DNA from: a bacterium
GTDB lineage: Bacteria; SZUA-182; DTGQ01; JAFGSM01
Reading direction: 5' to 3'
DNA: 17,212 nucleotides
Assembly (NCBI GenBank): GCA_049472335.1
Contig: JBLIRO010000094.1
Coordinates: forward strand, 1 to 17,212
Below, one piece after another: positions 8,213 to 16,791 of this stretch (within the stretch, counting starts at the first letter, position 1; every line of letters begins with the position of its first letter). A program made the position numbers and the translations under genes. The notes beneath the pieces are model-generated. The model saw only the letters and a program-made list of their open reading frames with translations. It ran no database searches and was not told the DNA's origin.

Positions 8213-8250
8213 AAGTGCCTAAAGTGCCTGAAGTTTCAAGTGCCTAAAGT
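8213..8250. repeat. Short tandem repeat of AAGTGCCT(A/G) between convergent genes
   Basis: AAGTGCCTA 8213-8221, AAGTGCCTG 8222-8230, AAGTTTC 8231-8237, AAGTGCCTA 8238-8246, AAGT 8247-8250. Confidence 0.8.
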
Positions 8251-8272
8251 TGACACATCTGAATGGAAGGCC

Positions 8273-10183
8273 TCAACGCTTTATATCCAAAGACTTAAAA
8301 AGCAATCCATGCAAGGGCAGTAATTTGGTGGTAAAGCTATATTGATGATGAAACGCGGGTCTATCCTCCGTATGATAATCTGAAATCCAGTTATGTCCGT
8401 TACCACCGAATTCCTGTGCATCCGTATCAATAATCTTACAATATTTCCCTCGAAAAGGGACACCTATTCGAAAATCGTTGAAACATTCCCTGGAAAGGTT
8501 TATTAAATAGACCATTAAGTCTGTGTAATCTTTGTTGTATCTGATAAAGGCAAGGATATTCTGTCTGTAATTCTGACATTCGATCCATTCAAATCCGTTT
8601 TCGATATTATCACCTTCATGCATTGCCGGGATATATCTATATACCTCGTTTAACCTTTTGACATACCATTGCATGCTCTTATGTTTGTGGGCCCATAACG
8701 ATTCCCAGGGCAATTGTGTTTTTTCATTCCATTCGTTCATCTGGCCGAATTCCTGTCCCATGAAAAGAAGCTTTTTTTGGGGCATGCCAAACTGAAAAAG
8801 GTACATCACACGCAGGTTGGCAAATTTTTCGAAATCACTCAAGTCTTTGGTTTTATTGACCATGGTCCCTTTCATATGCACAACCTCATCATGGCATAGA
8901 GGAAGCAGGAAATTCTCCGTATGATGATAGAGCATAGGATATGTCAAGTCCCCGTAAACTTCACTTCTTTCGCTGTATGGTCTTCTAAAATACCTCATCA
9001 TATGACTGGTACAGCCAAGATCCCATTTATAGTCAAATCCATGCCCGCCATACTCGACCGGCTTGGTTACACCGCTCGCGATCGTGGAATCCTCCACAAT
9101 AAGCAGTGCCTCGGGATGCTCTTTTTTAACCACATAATTCATGGTCTGCATAAAACGGAACCCTTCGGGATTGTGACAATTTCCAAATCTGTGAATAAAA
9201 TCCCTGTGTTTTTTTTCAGAAGAGAATTCATAATAATGAAAGTGGCCTCCGGCATCGAACCTGAAACCATCTATATTATACTGCTCAATCCAATAAAAAA
9301 GATTGGATATGAGAAAGCTTTTTACCTCATTCCTGGCAAAATCAAAATAGAATGTATCCCATGCTGTCATTTTTCGCTCAGGTATGGGGCATTCAAACAG
9401 ACATTCGCTGTCATAGCGGGCAAGGCCTGTCTCATCCTTTGGAAAATGGACCAGTACAATATCCTGAATAACCCCTATACCCTCCCGGTGAAAGGCATCC
9501 ACCAATTGCTTGAACTCTGCCGGTGTACCCAGCCTTGAAGTAGGGGCATAAAATCCTATAACCTGATATCCCCAGGAAGGCAGATATGGATGCTCCAAAA
9601 TACCCATTAATTCAACATGTGTATATTCCATATATTTTACATATGGAACCAGCTCATCTATAAGCTCAAGATAGCTCAAAGGCCTTCCATCCTTATAACG
9701 CCATGACAGGGGATGCACCTCAAAGATATTCAAGGGCCTTGTAAATTTATCCTCGTCCTTTGGCTTGGGATGTTTAAATTCATAGTAATCCTCAATTAAT
9801 ATAGGGGTCCGGGAATCCGAATTCTGAATAAACCTGGCAAATGGGTCCGTTTTAAAATACCAGTTTCCATCCTGCTTGCGAATGGCAAATTTGTAAAAAA
9901 TGCCATGTCCTATCCCCGGAACAAACCTCTCCCATACCCCTGTGTTCCCTCTTTTGTTCATGGCATGCGCATGGATATTCCAATCATTAAAGCTTCCGAC
10001 AACAGCGACTTCCCGGGCATTGGGAGCCCAAACAGCAAAACGAACACCATTTTCCAGACGATGAGCGCCAAGAAAACGATAGATTCGAAGATGTTCGCCT
10101 ATATTAAAATAGTAGATGTCTTCTTCCGGAATGGTCTCTAATTTTGAGGAATCAATAGTCCTTGTTTTTACTGAATCGACCAT
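8273..10183 (-). CDS. glgB: 1,4-alpha-glucan branching enzyme (GH13, CBM48-containing)
   Basis: GVRFAVWAPNA, EHPYLPSWGYQ, FRFDA (nucleophile Asp), VEDST (acid/base Glu), LPLCHDEVVH, KKLLFMGQEFGQ. GGGGGA RBS upstream on the minus strand. Confidence 0.95.
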   Translation of the reverse strand: MVDSVKTRTIDSSKLETIPEEDIYYFNIGEHLRIYRFLGAHRLENGVRFAVWAPNAREVAVVGSFNDWNIHAHAMNKRGNTGVWERFVPGIGHGIFYKFAIRKQDGNWYFKTDPFARFIQNSDSRTPILIEDYYEFKHPKPKDEDKFTRPLNIFEVHPLSWRYKDGRPLSYLELIDELVPYVKYMEYTHVELMGILEHPYLPSWGYQVIGFYAPTSRLGTPAEFKQLVDAFHREGIGVIQDIVLVHFPKDETGLARYDSECLFECPIPERKMTAWDTFYFDFARNEVKSFLISNLFYWIEQYNIDGFRFDAGGHFHYYEFSSEKKHRDFIHRFGNCHNPEGFRFMQTMNYVVKKEHPEALLIVEDSTIASGVTKPVEYGGHGFDYKWDLGCTSHMMRYFRRPYSERSEVYGDLTYPMLYHHTENFLLPLCHDEVVHMKGTMVNKTKDLSDFEKFANLRVMYLFQFGMPQKKLLFMGQEFGQMNEWNEKTQLPWESLWAHKHKSMQWYVKRLNEVYRYIPAMHEGDNIENGFEWIECQNYRQNILAFIRYNKDYTDLMVYLINLSRECFNDFRIGVPFRGKYCKIIDTDAQEFGGNGHNWISDYHTEDRPAFHHQYSFTTKLLPLHGLLFKSLDIKR

Positions 10184-10318
10184 ACTAAATATTCCCCCGT
10201 TATAAATAAAATAATGAAAAACGTAAAACTAATTTTATGTCTGTTTTTATTTTTCTTCAAGTATGGAAGTATCCGATAAGAGATGATAGTGATCCGCGCT
10301 TAAATTTTTCAGACCAAA

Positions 10319-10348
10319 AGTATATTCAAAATCCTCCCTTATTGTCAA
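10319..10348 (-). promoter_or_regulatory. sigma70-type promoter upstream of glgB
   Basis: Minus strand TTGACA (10348-10343), 18 nt, TATACT (10324-10319). Confidence 0.55.
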
Positions 10349-10350
10349 AT

Positions 10351-10397
10351 TTTAAATCAATATTTAAATCAATATTAAGTTAATAATAAGTTAATAA
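10351..10397. repeat. Two adjacent perfect tandem duplications in the divergent promoter region
   Basis: TTTAAATCAATA x2 (10351-10374) and TAAGTTAATAA x2 (10376-10397). Confidence 0.7.
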
Positions 10398-10562
10398 TAA
10401 AGAAACCGATATTCTTAAACAAATTTTCCGATCTATAATTAGGGAATGGTGTAACATGCTGTATTAACAATCTTATTAGTAAGAAATACACATGGTATAA
10501 AGGAATACACCCAAAAATAGCCCTTATATCTTCCGTACCGAAAGGAGGGAATAACAATTAAA

Positions 10563-11093
10563 ATGATCAGGGACTTCATATCTGGGAAAAAACAAATATC
10601 CTATGTATATAATTACTTACAAAATAAGATAAAAGAAGAATCCGGCTTTACTCTTAAAGGTTTTGTTTTATTCATTCTCTTTGTTGCTTTTGCCGCATTT
10701 CTCACTATCCACTTGATTCGGCCTTCATATTGCTCGGGGCGATTTAAAACCGCAATCAATAGCATTGCTACGGATGGTTTTGCAAAAAGTAATAAAGAAA
10801 TACGGGAAGAGATCGTTGATCAGGCAGAGGAGATCGGAGTTGTATTAGATGATGAAGATATCCTCATAAACGGGGGATTAGGCAGCGAAACCCTGGAGAT
10901 AAAACTCGATTATTCCTTTCCGGTTGACCTTTATCTTTACCAGTACAATCGACAGTTCAGCTACACCCTCACAAAGAAGCTTTCCTATCCGAAAAAAATG
11001 ATCGACCGGACAGAGCAAAAGCTGAAAGGCAGCTATAATAAAATGGTTGAAAAAGCCCGTAACGCGGAACAAAAATTTAACTATGATGAATAA
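10563..11093 (+). CDS. Prepilin-like single-pass membrane protein (DUF4845-like)
   Basis: EESG|FTLKGFVLFILFVAFAAFL resembles a class III signal cleavage site followed by a TM helix. The later helix and beta-strand pattern (I...A...GV.L...I...I.LDY...VDL) resembles DUF4845. AAGGAGG lies upstream; the exact start is uncertain. Confidence 0.6.
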   Translation: MIRDFISGKKQISYVYNYLQNKIKEESGFTLKGFVLFILFVAFAAFLTIHLIRPSYCSGRFKTAINSIATDGFAKSNKEIREEIVDQAEEIGVVLDDEDILINGGLGSETLEIKLDYSFPVDLYLYQYNRQFSYTLTKKLSYPKKMIDRTEQKLKGSYNKMVEKARNAEQKFNYDE

Positions 11094-11095
11094 TT

Positions 11096-11812
11096 ATGGC
11101 AAATGAAATCTTTGAGATAGATTATCAATTCAAGCTCAATAACGGACTTCAAAAAGAATTTTCCGTCCGTTTAAAAAGCCCTTCTTTCAAGCTGGTCGGG
11201 CAAAAGCACCATTCCTATCCGGCCTGGACAAAGCTGGAATACGAACAATGCCCCATATGTCCTTTAAACGTTGAGGAACATCCTAATTGTCCCATTGCGG
11301 TCAATTTGATGGATGTCATAAATTTCTTTAAGGACTATGTTTCGTCCGATGAGGTTGAAATTGTCATCTCAACCAAGGTGAGAGAATTTCATAAATTTAC
11401 CAGCCTGCAGGAAGGGCTAAGCTCGATTATAGGAATTTATATGGTTTCCAGTGGCTGTCCCATCCTGGATAAATTACGGCCTATGGTGTTTACTCACCTT
11501 CCCTTTGCAACACCGGAAGAGACCATGTACAGGGCCGCTTCCATGTATTTACTTGCCCAATATTTTATGCAAAAAAAAGGGAAAAAAGCGGAATGGGAGC
11601 TAAAGGGGCTGGTGGAAATCTATGCTAATGTCAACAAAGTGAACCATCATTTCCACAAAAGGCTCCTTAGTATAAATCCTAAGGATGCGAGTCTTAATGC
11701 GCTTTTTCATTTGAACTGTTTTGCCGCGCTAACAACCATGTCCATAGCCGATGACTGTTTAGAGGAACTGGAAAGCCTTTTTCAGGCATATCTTTCTGAA
11801 AAAGATACTTAA
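11096..11812 (+). CDS. Conserved Cys-rich hypothetical protein (DUF6901-like)
   Basis: WTKL..EQCPICPL......CP.A, Q.GL.S..G..M..SGCP, PM..THLPFA...ET.YR..S.YLLAQYF. It starts 2 nt after the upstream gene's stop. Confidence 0.7.
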   Translation: MANEIFEIDYQFKLNNGLQKEFSVRLKSPSFKLVGQKHHSYPAWTKLEYEQCPICPLNVEEHPNCPIAVNLMDVINFFKDYVSSDEVEIVISTKVREFHKFTSLQEGLSSIIGIYMVSSGCPILDKLRPMVFTHLPFATPEETMYRAASMYLLAQYFMQKKGKKAEWELKGLVEIYANVNKVNHHFHKRLLSINPKDASLNALFHLNCFAALTTMSIADDCLEELESLFQAYLSEKDT

Positions 11813-11856
11813 CATCTGGTTGTTTAAAGGAAATCAAGAGAGATTGGTCCTGGCGT

Positions 11857-12681
11857 CTATCTATAGTGAAAAAACGCCCTCGCATCGGCAAGCTCCACAT
11901 GAAAAAAACCCAGGAAGATATCGCATCTCATCTGTACGGGGATGTGTCTTGAATCGTCAGAAAACCATATATACACATCTCCCTTTCTGTTGAAAATCCC
12001 TTTACTCTTAAGGATAATTTTTGTCTTGAAGGCGGGAATAGACTGATCCTGGATATTGACCACCTCACGCTCAAACACCTTGATTTCGAGAAGGTATTCC
12101 TTGCCGTCGTCAAAAACACGAATATAATAGGATTCCCCTTCTTTCATGGGGAGTGTGCGGGTGTAATAAAGCGCGGATAGAACATCATGCGTATTATCCT
12201 TGAGATTAAAATACGCAGGTTTCTCTTCTCTGGTGATATACTCTATAAGATTATTCTTCCAATCGAAGGTGATTTTCTTTACCTTTTGATAATCCGTCTC
12301 TCTTATATTTGCGAGGAAGAAATAGGAAAATCGATAATTCGGATCGAAAAGGGTCTCAATCTGATCCTCAACGTCTATACCCAGCACTTTCATCCATTTT
12401 GCGGATTTGGCTATGGCGCGGGCTTTAAAGACAGGTATTCCGTTTTCATAAATACCTTGTGAAAAGATGAGTTCCGCTGAACCCGCATTTATAAAATTGG
12501 ACCATGTTACCTTATAAAAAAGATTTTCCTCCTCAAAAGGAAGTGCCGAACGCTCGATGTCTTCAGAAATTACCGGATCGGGAGAGGCGTCGCTATATAA
12601 AGAAAGCCCGCAAAAAACTACAAATATGATTAAGACGAAAGGTATAAAGGATATTCCTTTTTTAAGATATTCCATTAACAT
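11857..12681 (-). CDS. DUF3108 domain-containing protein
   Basis: N-terminal TM/signal segment, E.L.Y.V.W..I.AG, D.LSALYY.R, WFSDD..HIPV motifs. The start may be 12702 (overlapping the tex stop), 12681 or 12675. Confidence 0.8.
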   Translation of the reverse strand: MLMEYLKKGISFIPFVLIIFVVFCGLSLYSDASPDPVISEDIERSALPFEEENLFYKVTWSNFINAGSAELIFSQGIYENGIPVFKARAIAKSAKWMKVLGIDVEDQIETLFDPNYRFSYFFLANIRETDYQKVKKITFDWKNNLIEYITREEKPAYFNLKDNTHDVLSALYYTRTLPMKEGESYYIRVFDDGKEYLLEIKVFEREVVNIQDQSIPAFKTKIILKSKGIFNRKGDVYIWFSDDSRHIPVQMRCDIFLGFFHVELADARAFFHYR

Positions 12682-12691
12682 ACTTCTTATG

Positions 12692-14857
12692 CTAGGCCAC
12701 ATCCTTCATGCTTAGGCTGATCCTCTTTCTTTCCAGATCAACGGATATGACCTTGACACGGACAACCTCCCCTATCTCGCACACCTTACTGGGGTCTTTA
12801 ACAAACTTTTTACCCATCTTAGAGATATGGACAAGTCCATCCTGATGAACACCGATGTCCACAAAGGCCCCGAACTGAGTTAGATTGGTTATGACGCCTT
12901 CCAGAACCATCCCCGGCTTCAGATCCTCCATATTCAAAACATCCGATCGAAACTTAGGCCTTTTTATATCCTGCCTTGGATCCCGGCCAGGTTTTTTCAT
13001 CTCCTCAACAATATCGAGCAATGTGGGCATGCCAGCCTTTTCCGTTATAAATCTTTCCAGGTCTATCTTTTCAATAAGGGCCTGATTCCCTATGAGTTCC
13101 CTGATATCCACATTCAGGTCTCTACACATCTCCTCTACAATGGGATAGCTCTCAGGATGCACCGCAGAGTTATCCAAAGGCTGATCTCCGTCCCTTATCC
13201 TCAAAAACCCTGCGGACTGTTCAAAGGCCTTTGAGCCAAAACCGGATATGTTCAGTAGTTTTCTCCTGTCTTTGAAGGCACCCTTTTCTTCTCTGTGGGC
13301 CACGATCTGATTTGCCAATTTGGGACCTATACCCGAAACATATTTCAACAGCGAGGCGGAGGCAGTGTTGACATCCACTCCCACAAAGTTTACACCCGAC
13401 TCAACTACGGCATCCAGGGCGTTTTTTAGCATTTTCTGATCCACATCGTGCTGATATTGGCCCACTCCAATGGATTTCGGCTCTATTTTTACCAGCTCGG
13501 CAAGAGGGTCCTGAAGCCGGCGCGCAATGCTTATGGCGCCTCTTATTGTCACGTCCAAATCAGGGAATTCCTCCCTGGCAATATCCGAAGCGGAATAAAC
13601 CGATGCCCCTGACTCACTCACAATCACTGCCCTGACTTGCCATGCCTCCCTGTCCCCTGCCCTCTCCTCAAGCAGATCCTTCACAAAAACGTCTGTCTCC
13701 CTCGATGCGGTTCCGTTCCCAATGGCTATATATTCCACGCCGAATTTGTCAATCATATCCAGAACCAGTGCCATTGCCTCCCCTTTTTTGTTATTAGGGG
13801 GATGCGGATAAATCGTTGCAGACTCCAGATACTTACCCGTACTGTCCACAACTGCCACCTTGCAACCGGTCCTCAGTCCGGGATCGATCCCCATAACCGT
13901 CTTGCCCGGCAAGGGCGGGCCGAGCAAGATGCTCTTCAGGTTCTTCGCAAACACCGAGATCGCCTGGCCATCCGACCGGTCCTTCAACTCCTGCCATACT
14001 TGATTCTGTATGGATTCCGCTATCAGTCTTTTGTATGCGTCCTCGATATATTTAATAAGTAACGGAGTAAATATACAATTCCAGTTTTTAATAATCCTGT
14101 GATTCAACCCGTCCATGATCTCGTCTACCGGGGCCGATACGGAGGCGCTTAAAACACCTTCCCGCCCTCCCCGTCTTATAGCCAGAAACCGGTGAGATGC
14201 AATAATCCTCAAAGGTTCCCGGTAGTCATAATACATGGTATACTTGGTGGGCTCATCTTCAAAGCCTGCCTTGACCTGTGATACGACCTCTCCCTTCTTC
14301 ATGGTCAGATCTCGAACAAATTTTCTGAGGTCCGCCTGATCAGAAATCATCTCAGCACAGATATATCCTGCTTCTTTATATGCATCCTCTATAGTGTTAA
14401 TCCCCTTTTCTTTGTTTAAAAAAGGAGCGGCAATCTTCTCCAGGCTCCCTTCCACCATCTCCTGAGCCATAATCATCTCAGCCAGAGGGCCAAGGCCCTT
14501 TTCCCTGGCCTGAGTAGCCTTTGTCCTTCGCTTGGGTTTGTATGGGAGATAAAGATCCTCCAGATCCTGCTTGACCAGGCAGGCCTCGATCTTCCTACGT
14601 AGCTCCGGAGTGAGTTTACCCTGTTCTTCAATGGTGTTAAGAATTATTGCCTTGCGGGATTGCAGGTCCTCAAGATATTCATATCGTTCCTTTATTTGCC
14701 TTAATTGTACTTCATCCAGTTGCCCTGTCCATTCTTTGCGGTATCTGGCAATAAAAGGTATGGTATTACCTTCTGTAAGGAGCTGTACCGTATTCTCGAT
14801 ATGCTCCTTCCTGAACGTGAATTCCTTAAGTAATTGTTCTAAAATAAAGATATCCAT
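12692..14857 (-). CDS. tex: Tex-family RNA-binding transcriptional accessory protein (YqgF-like, HhH and S1 domains)
   Basis: GNTIPFIARYRKE, MGIDPGLRTGCK, AIGNGTASRET, ISIARRLQDPLAELVKI, IGVGQYQHD and a C-terminal S1 domain (FGAFVDIGVHQDGLVHIS). Confidence 0.97.
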   Translation of the reverse strand: MDIFILEQLLKEFTFRKEHIENTVQLLTEGNTIPFIARYRKEWTGQLDEVQLRQIKERYEYLEDLQSRKAIILNTIEEQGKLTPELRRKIEACLVKQDLEDLYLPYKPKRRTKATQAREKGLGPLAEMIMAQEMVEGSLEKIAAPFLNKEKGINTIEDAYKEAGYICAEMISDQADLRKFVRDLTMKKGEVVSQVKAGFEDEPTKYTMYYDYREPLRIIASHRFLAIRRGGREGVLSASVSAPVDEIMDGLNHRIIKNWNCIFTPLLIKYIEDAYKRLIAESIQNQVWQELKDRSDGQAISVFAKNLKSILLGPPLPGKTVMGIDPGLRTGCKVAVVDSTGKYLESATIYPHPPNNKKGEAMALVLDMIDKFGVEYIAIGNGTASRETDVFVKDLLEERAGDREAWQVRAVIVSESGASVYSASDIAREEFPDLDVTIRGAISIARRLQDPLAELVKIEPKSIGVGQYQHDVDQKMLKNALDAVVESGVNFVGVDVNTASASLLKYVSGIGPKLANQIVAHREEKGAFKDRRKLLNISGFGSKAFEQSAGFLRIRDGDQPLDNSAVHPESYPIVEEMCRDLNVDIRELIGNQALIEKIDLERFITEKAGMPTLLDIVEEMKKPGRDPRQDIKRPKFRSDVLNMEDLKPGMVLEGVITNLTQFGAFVDIGVHQDGLVHISKMGKKFVKDPSKVCEIGEVVRVKVISVDLERKRISLSMKDVA

Positions 14858-14913
14858 GACCAGTTTAAACTTTTTGCAAAAGACGATATACTATTTAGAA
14901 AATCTAAATATAA

Positions 14914-14942
14914 ATGGTATTTCCAGATCCTGATTTTGTCAA
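14914..14942 (-). promoter_or_regulatory. sigma70-type promoter upstream of tex
   Basis: Minus strand TTGACA (14942-14937), 17 nt, TACCAT (14919-14914). Confidence 0.55.
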
Positions 14943-15104
14943 ATTTTATTGATTTAAATAGAAAACCAATGTTGATTTTTTCTGGTGCTGAATTGAATCA
15001 TTATTTTTCAAGGGGCCGGCCTGAACTCCCATTTATTAGTCATCCATGATAATAAAATAGGTTTACACTAACAATCTGACCATTAATGTTCTCATTGGGG
15101 CATA

Positions 15105-15132
15105 TTGACATATATGTTTTGTAACATATTGT
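15105..15132 (+). promoter_or_regulatory. sigma70-type promoter of pgk with an inverted repeat in the spacer
   Basis: TTGACA 15105-15110, 16 nt, TATTGT 15127-15132. ATATGTT-ttgt-AACATAT at 15112-15129. RBS GGAGGAGG at 15152-15159. Confidence 0.5.
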
Positions 15133-15169
15133 TTGAAAATGGTAATTTTACGGAGGAGGATTAAGAAAT

Positions 15170-16471
15170 ATGTGCAATGTTGAAGGATTGGATCCAAGAC
15201 TTCCAGTAATTCAAGATGCCGACCTTCGAGGCAAGATTGTTTTGGTGAGAGTGGACCACAATGTGGTAAAAAACGGGGAAATAAGAGATCCTTACCGGAT
15301 AGATCAGACCCTGGGAACACTTTACAATATCGTGGAGCGAGGTGGCCGGCCAATCCTGATGACACATGTAGGGCGGCCCAGAGACAAAAAAACAGGAAAC
15401 ATCAAGTGCGATAAAAAGGATTCTGTTAAGCCAATTGTCCAGTATCTTGAACAAAAACTGCATACTAAATTTTTTATCCCTGAATTTTCAACCGACCCTC
15501 AAAAGGGTATTCTGGGTATAGATACTTCCATAAACCTTGCCATTAAAGACCTAAGAAATCACAAAATTGGCGGCATCTACCTGCCGAACACAAGATGGTT
15601 CCAGGGAGAAGAGGCAAAAGACGAAACCAGAAAACAATTCACCCTTCAACTGGCAGGTCTGGCGGATGTATTTGTAAATGACGCCTTCGGATCATGGCAG
15701 AGTCATGCATCTACTTATGATATAGCGGAGATCTTACCTTCTTATGCGGGTTATTTGATGCAACAGGAGATCCTTAACCTGAATCATGTTTTGGAGCCTC
15801 AGCGCCCCTTCCTGGCGGTAGTGGCAGGCGCAAAATATGATACAAAGATTGGCCCTTTAAATGCCTTATACGAAAAGGTGGATAACCTTGTCCTTGGTGG
15901 CGTAATCTATAATACATTTTTATGCGCCAAATATAATATCAAGGTCGCCGGTGTACTGGATGAGGATATACAGGCAGCCAAAGATCTGGTGGAAAAAGAT
16001 AAGACACAAAAAAAGATCCTGGAATTGCCCTGCCTCGTTGAATCGGACACCCTCGAAGGAAAGATCAAGGGTAAATATCGGTCAATCTGTACAGACGAAT
16101 TCCAAGCAGGCAGAAACTATGGTTATTTCCTGGATATCGATCCCACATCCTTCCAAAAATCCGAAGTTTTAGATACCATAACAGAGGCAAAGACCATCTT
16201 TGTAAATGCCGTAATGGGATTCACGCCACACTTTGCCGATGGTTCCGAAGCCCTCGATCAGACCATCGATATGAATGGTAATGCCATGAAGCTCTATGGA
16301 GGCGGCGATACACTCCAAGAGTTCAAAAATCTTTGTCCCGGCCTTTATTTGGCCGTTCTGGACAATACTCAATACTATTTCTTTACCGGTGGAGGCACTG
16401 TCCTGAAAGCAATACAGGAAGGCACAGCATACGGCCTGGAACCTTTAAAGGTATTAATGAAGGATAATTAA
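15170..16471 (+). CDS. pgk: Phosphoglycerate kinase (divergent type)
   Basis: LRGKIVLVRVDHNV, THVGRP, NTRW, DVFVNDAFG...HAS, AGAK..TKI, GGGDT, TGGG; strong RBS. Confidence 0.9.
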   Translation: MCNVEGLDPRLPVIQDADLRGKIVLVRVDHNVVKNGEIRDPYRIDQTLGTLYNIVERGGRPILMTHVGRPRDKKTGNIKCDKKDSVKPIVQYLEQKLHTKFFIPEFSTDPQKGILGIDTSINLAIKDLRNHKIGGIYLPNTRWFQGEEAKDETRKQFTLQLAGLADVFVNDAFGSWQSHASTYDIAEILPSYAGYLMQQEILNLNHVLEPQRPFLAVVAGAKYDTKIGPLNALYEKVDNLVLGGVIYNTFLCAKYNIKVAGVLDEDIQAAKDLVEKDKTQKKILELPCLVESDTLEGKIKGKYRSICTDEFQAGRNYGYFLDIDPTSFQKSEVLDTITEAKTIFVNAVMGFTPHFADGSEALDQTIDMNGNAMKLYGGGDTLQEFKNLCPGLYLAVLDNTQYYFFTGGGTVLKAIQEGTAYGLEPLKVLMKDN

Positions 16472-16620
16472 GGCATTAATTAGGGATAACAAGAACCAGC
16501 AAGACTATTAACATCTGAAATCCCTGTATCCCTGTTCGTATTGATACGGATATATCTGCTTGATAGAATCTTGCTACGACCAAGGAATACTGTATTTAGC
16601 AAAGTGATAATTTAACAGCA

Positions 16621-16791
16621 AGATTGAGACAAAAGATTGACAAATAGATTAACAAACCTTGAAACATAACTCCAATAATGTTATAAATCTTTCCGTACGG
16701 AATATATGATAACGGAATAAATGTTATCTAAATGAACGAAACTTATTCAATCCCTGAACGGGATAATCGAACTCTAAACGTGATAATCGAA
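16621..16791. repeat. Cluster of direct and inverted repeats upstream of the tRNA
   Basis: AGATT(GAG/G/A)ACAAA x3 (16621-16656). ATAAC-N9-GTTAT x2 flanking the palindrome TTCCGTACGGAA (16666-16727). AACG(G/T)GATAATCGAA x2 (16757-16791). Confidence 0.65.

Noticed and set aside
8921..9538. 205-aa plus-strand ORF
   Set aside because: Lies wholly antisense to glgB and has no recognisable motifs.
10375..10557. 60-aa minus-strand intergenic ORF
   Set aside because: Lies in an AT-rich promoter region, has no evident RBS and overlaps the RBS of the next gene.
13637..14933. 141-aa and 120-aa plus-strand ORFs
   Set aside because: Antisense shadows of tex.
15063..15463. Two 100-aa minus-strand ORFs
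   Set aside because: Antisense to pgk and its promoter, with no protein-like features.
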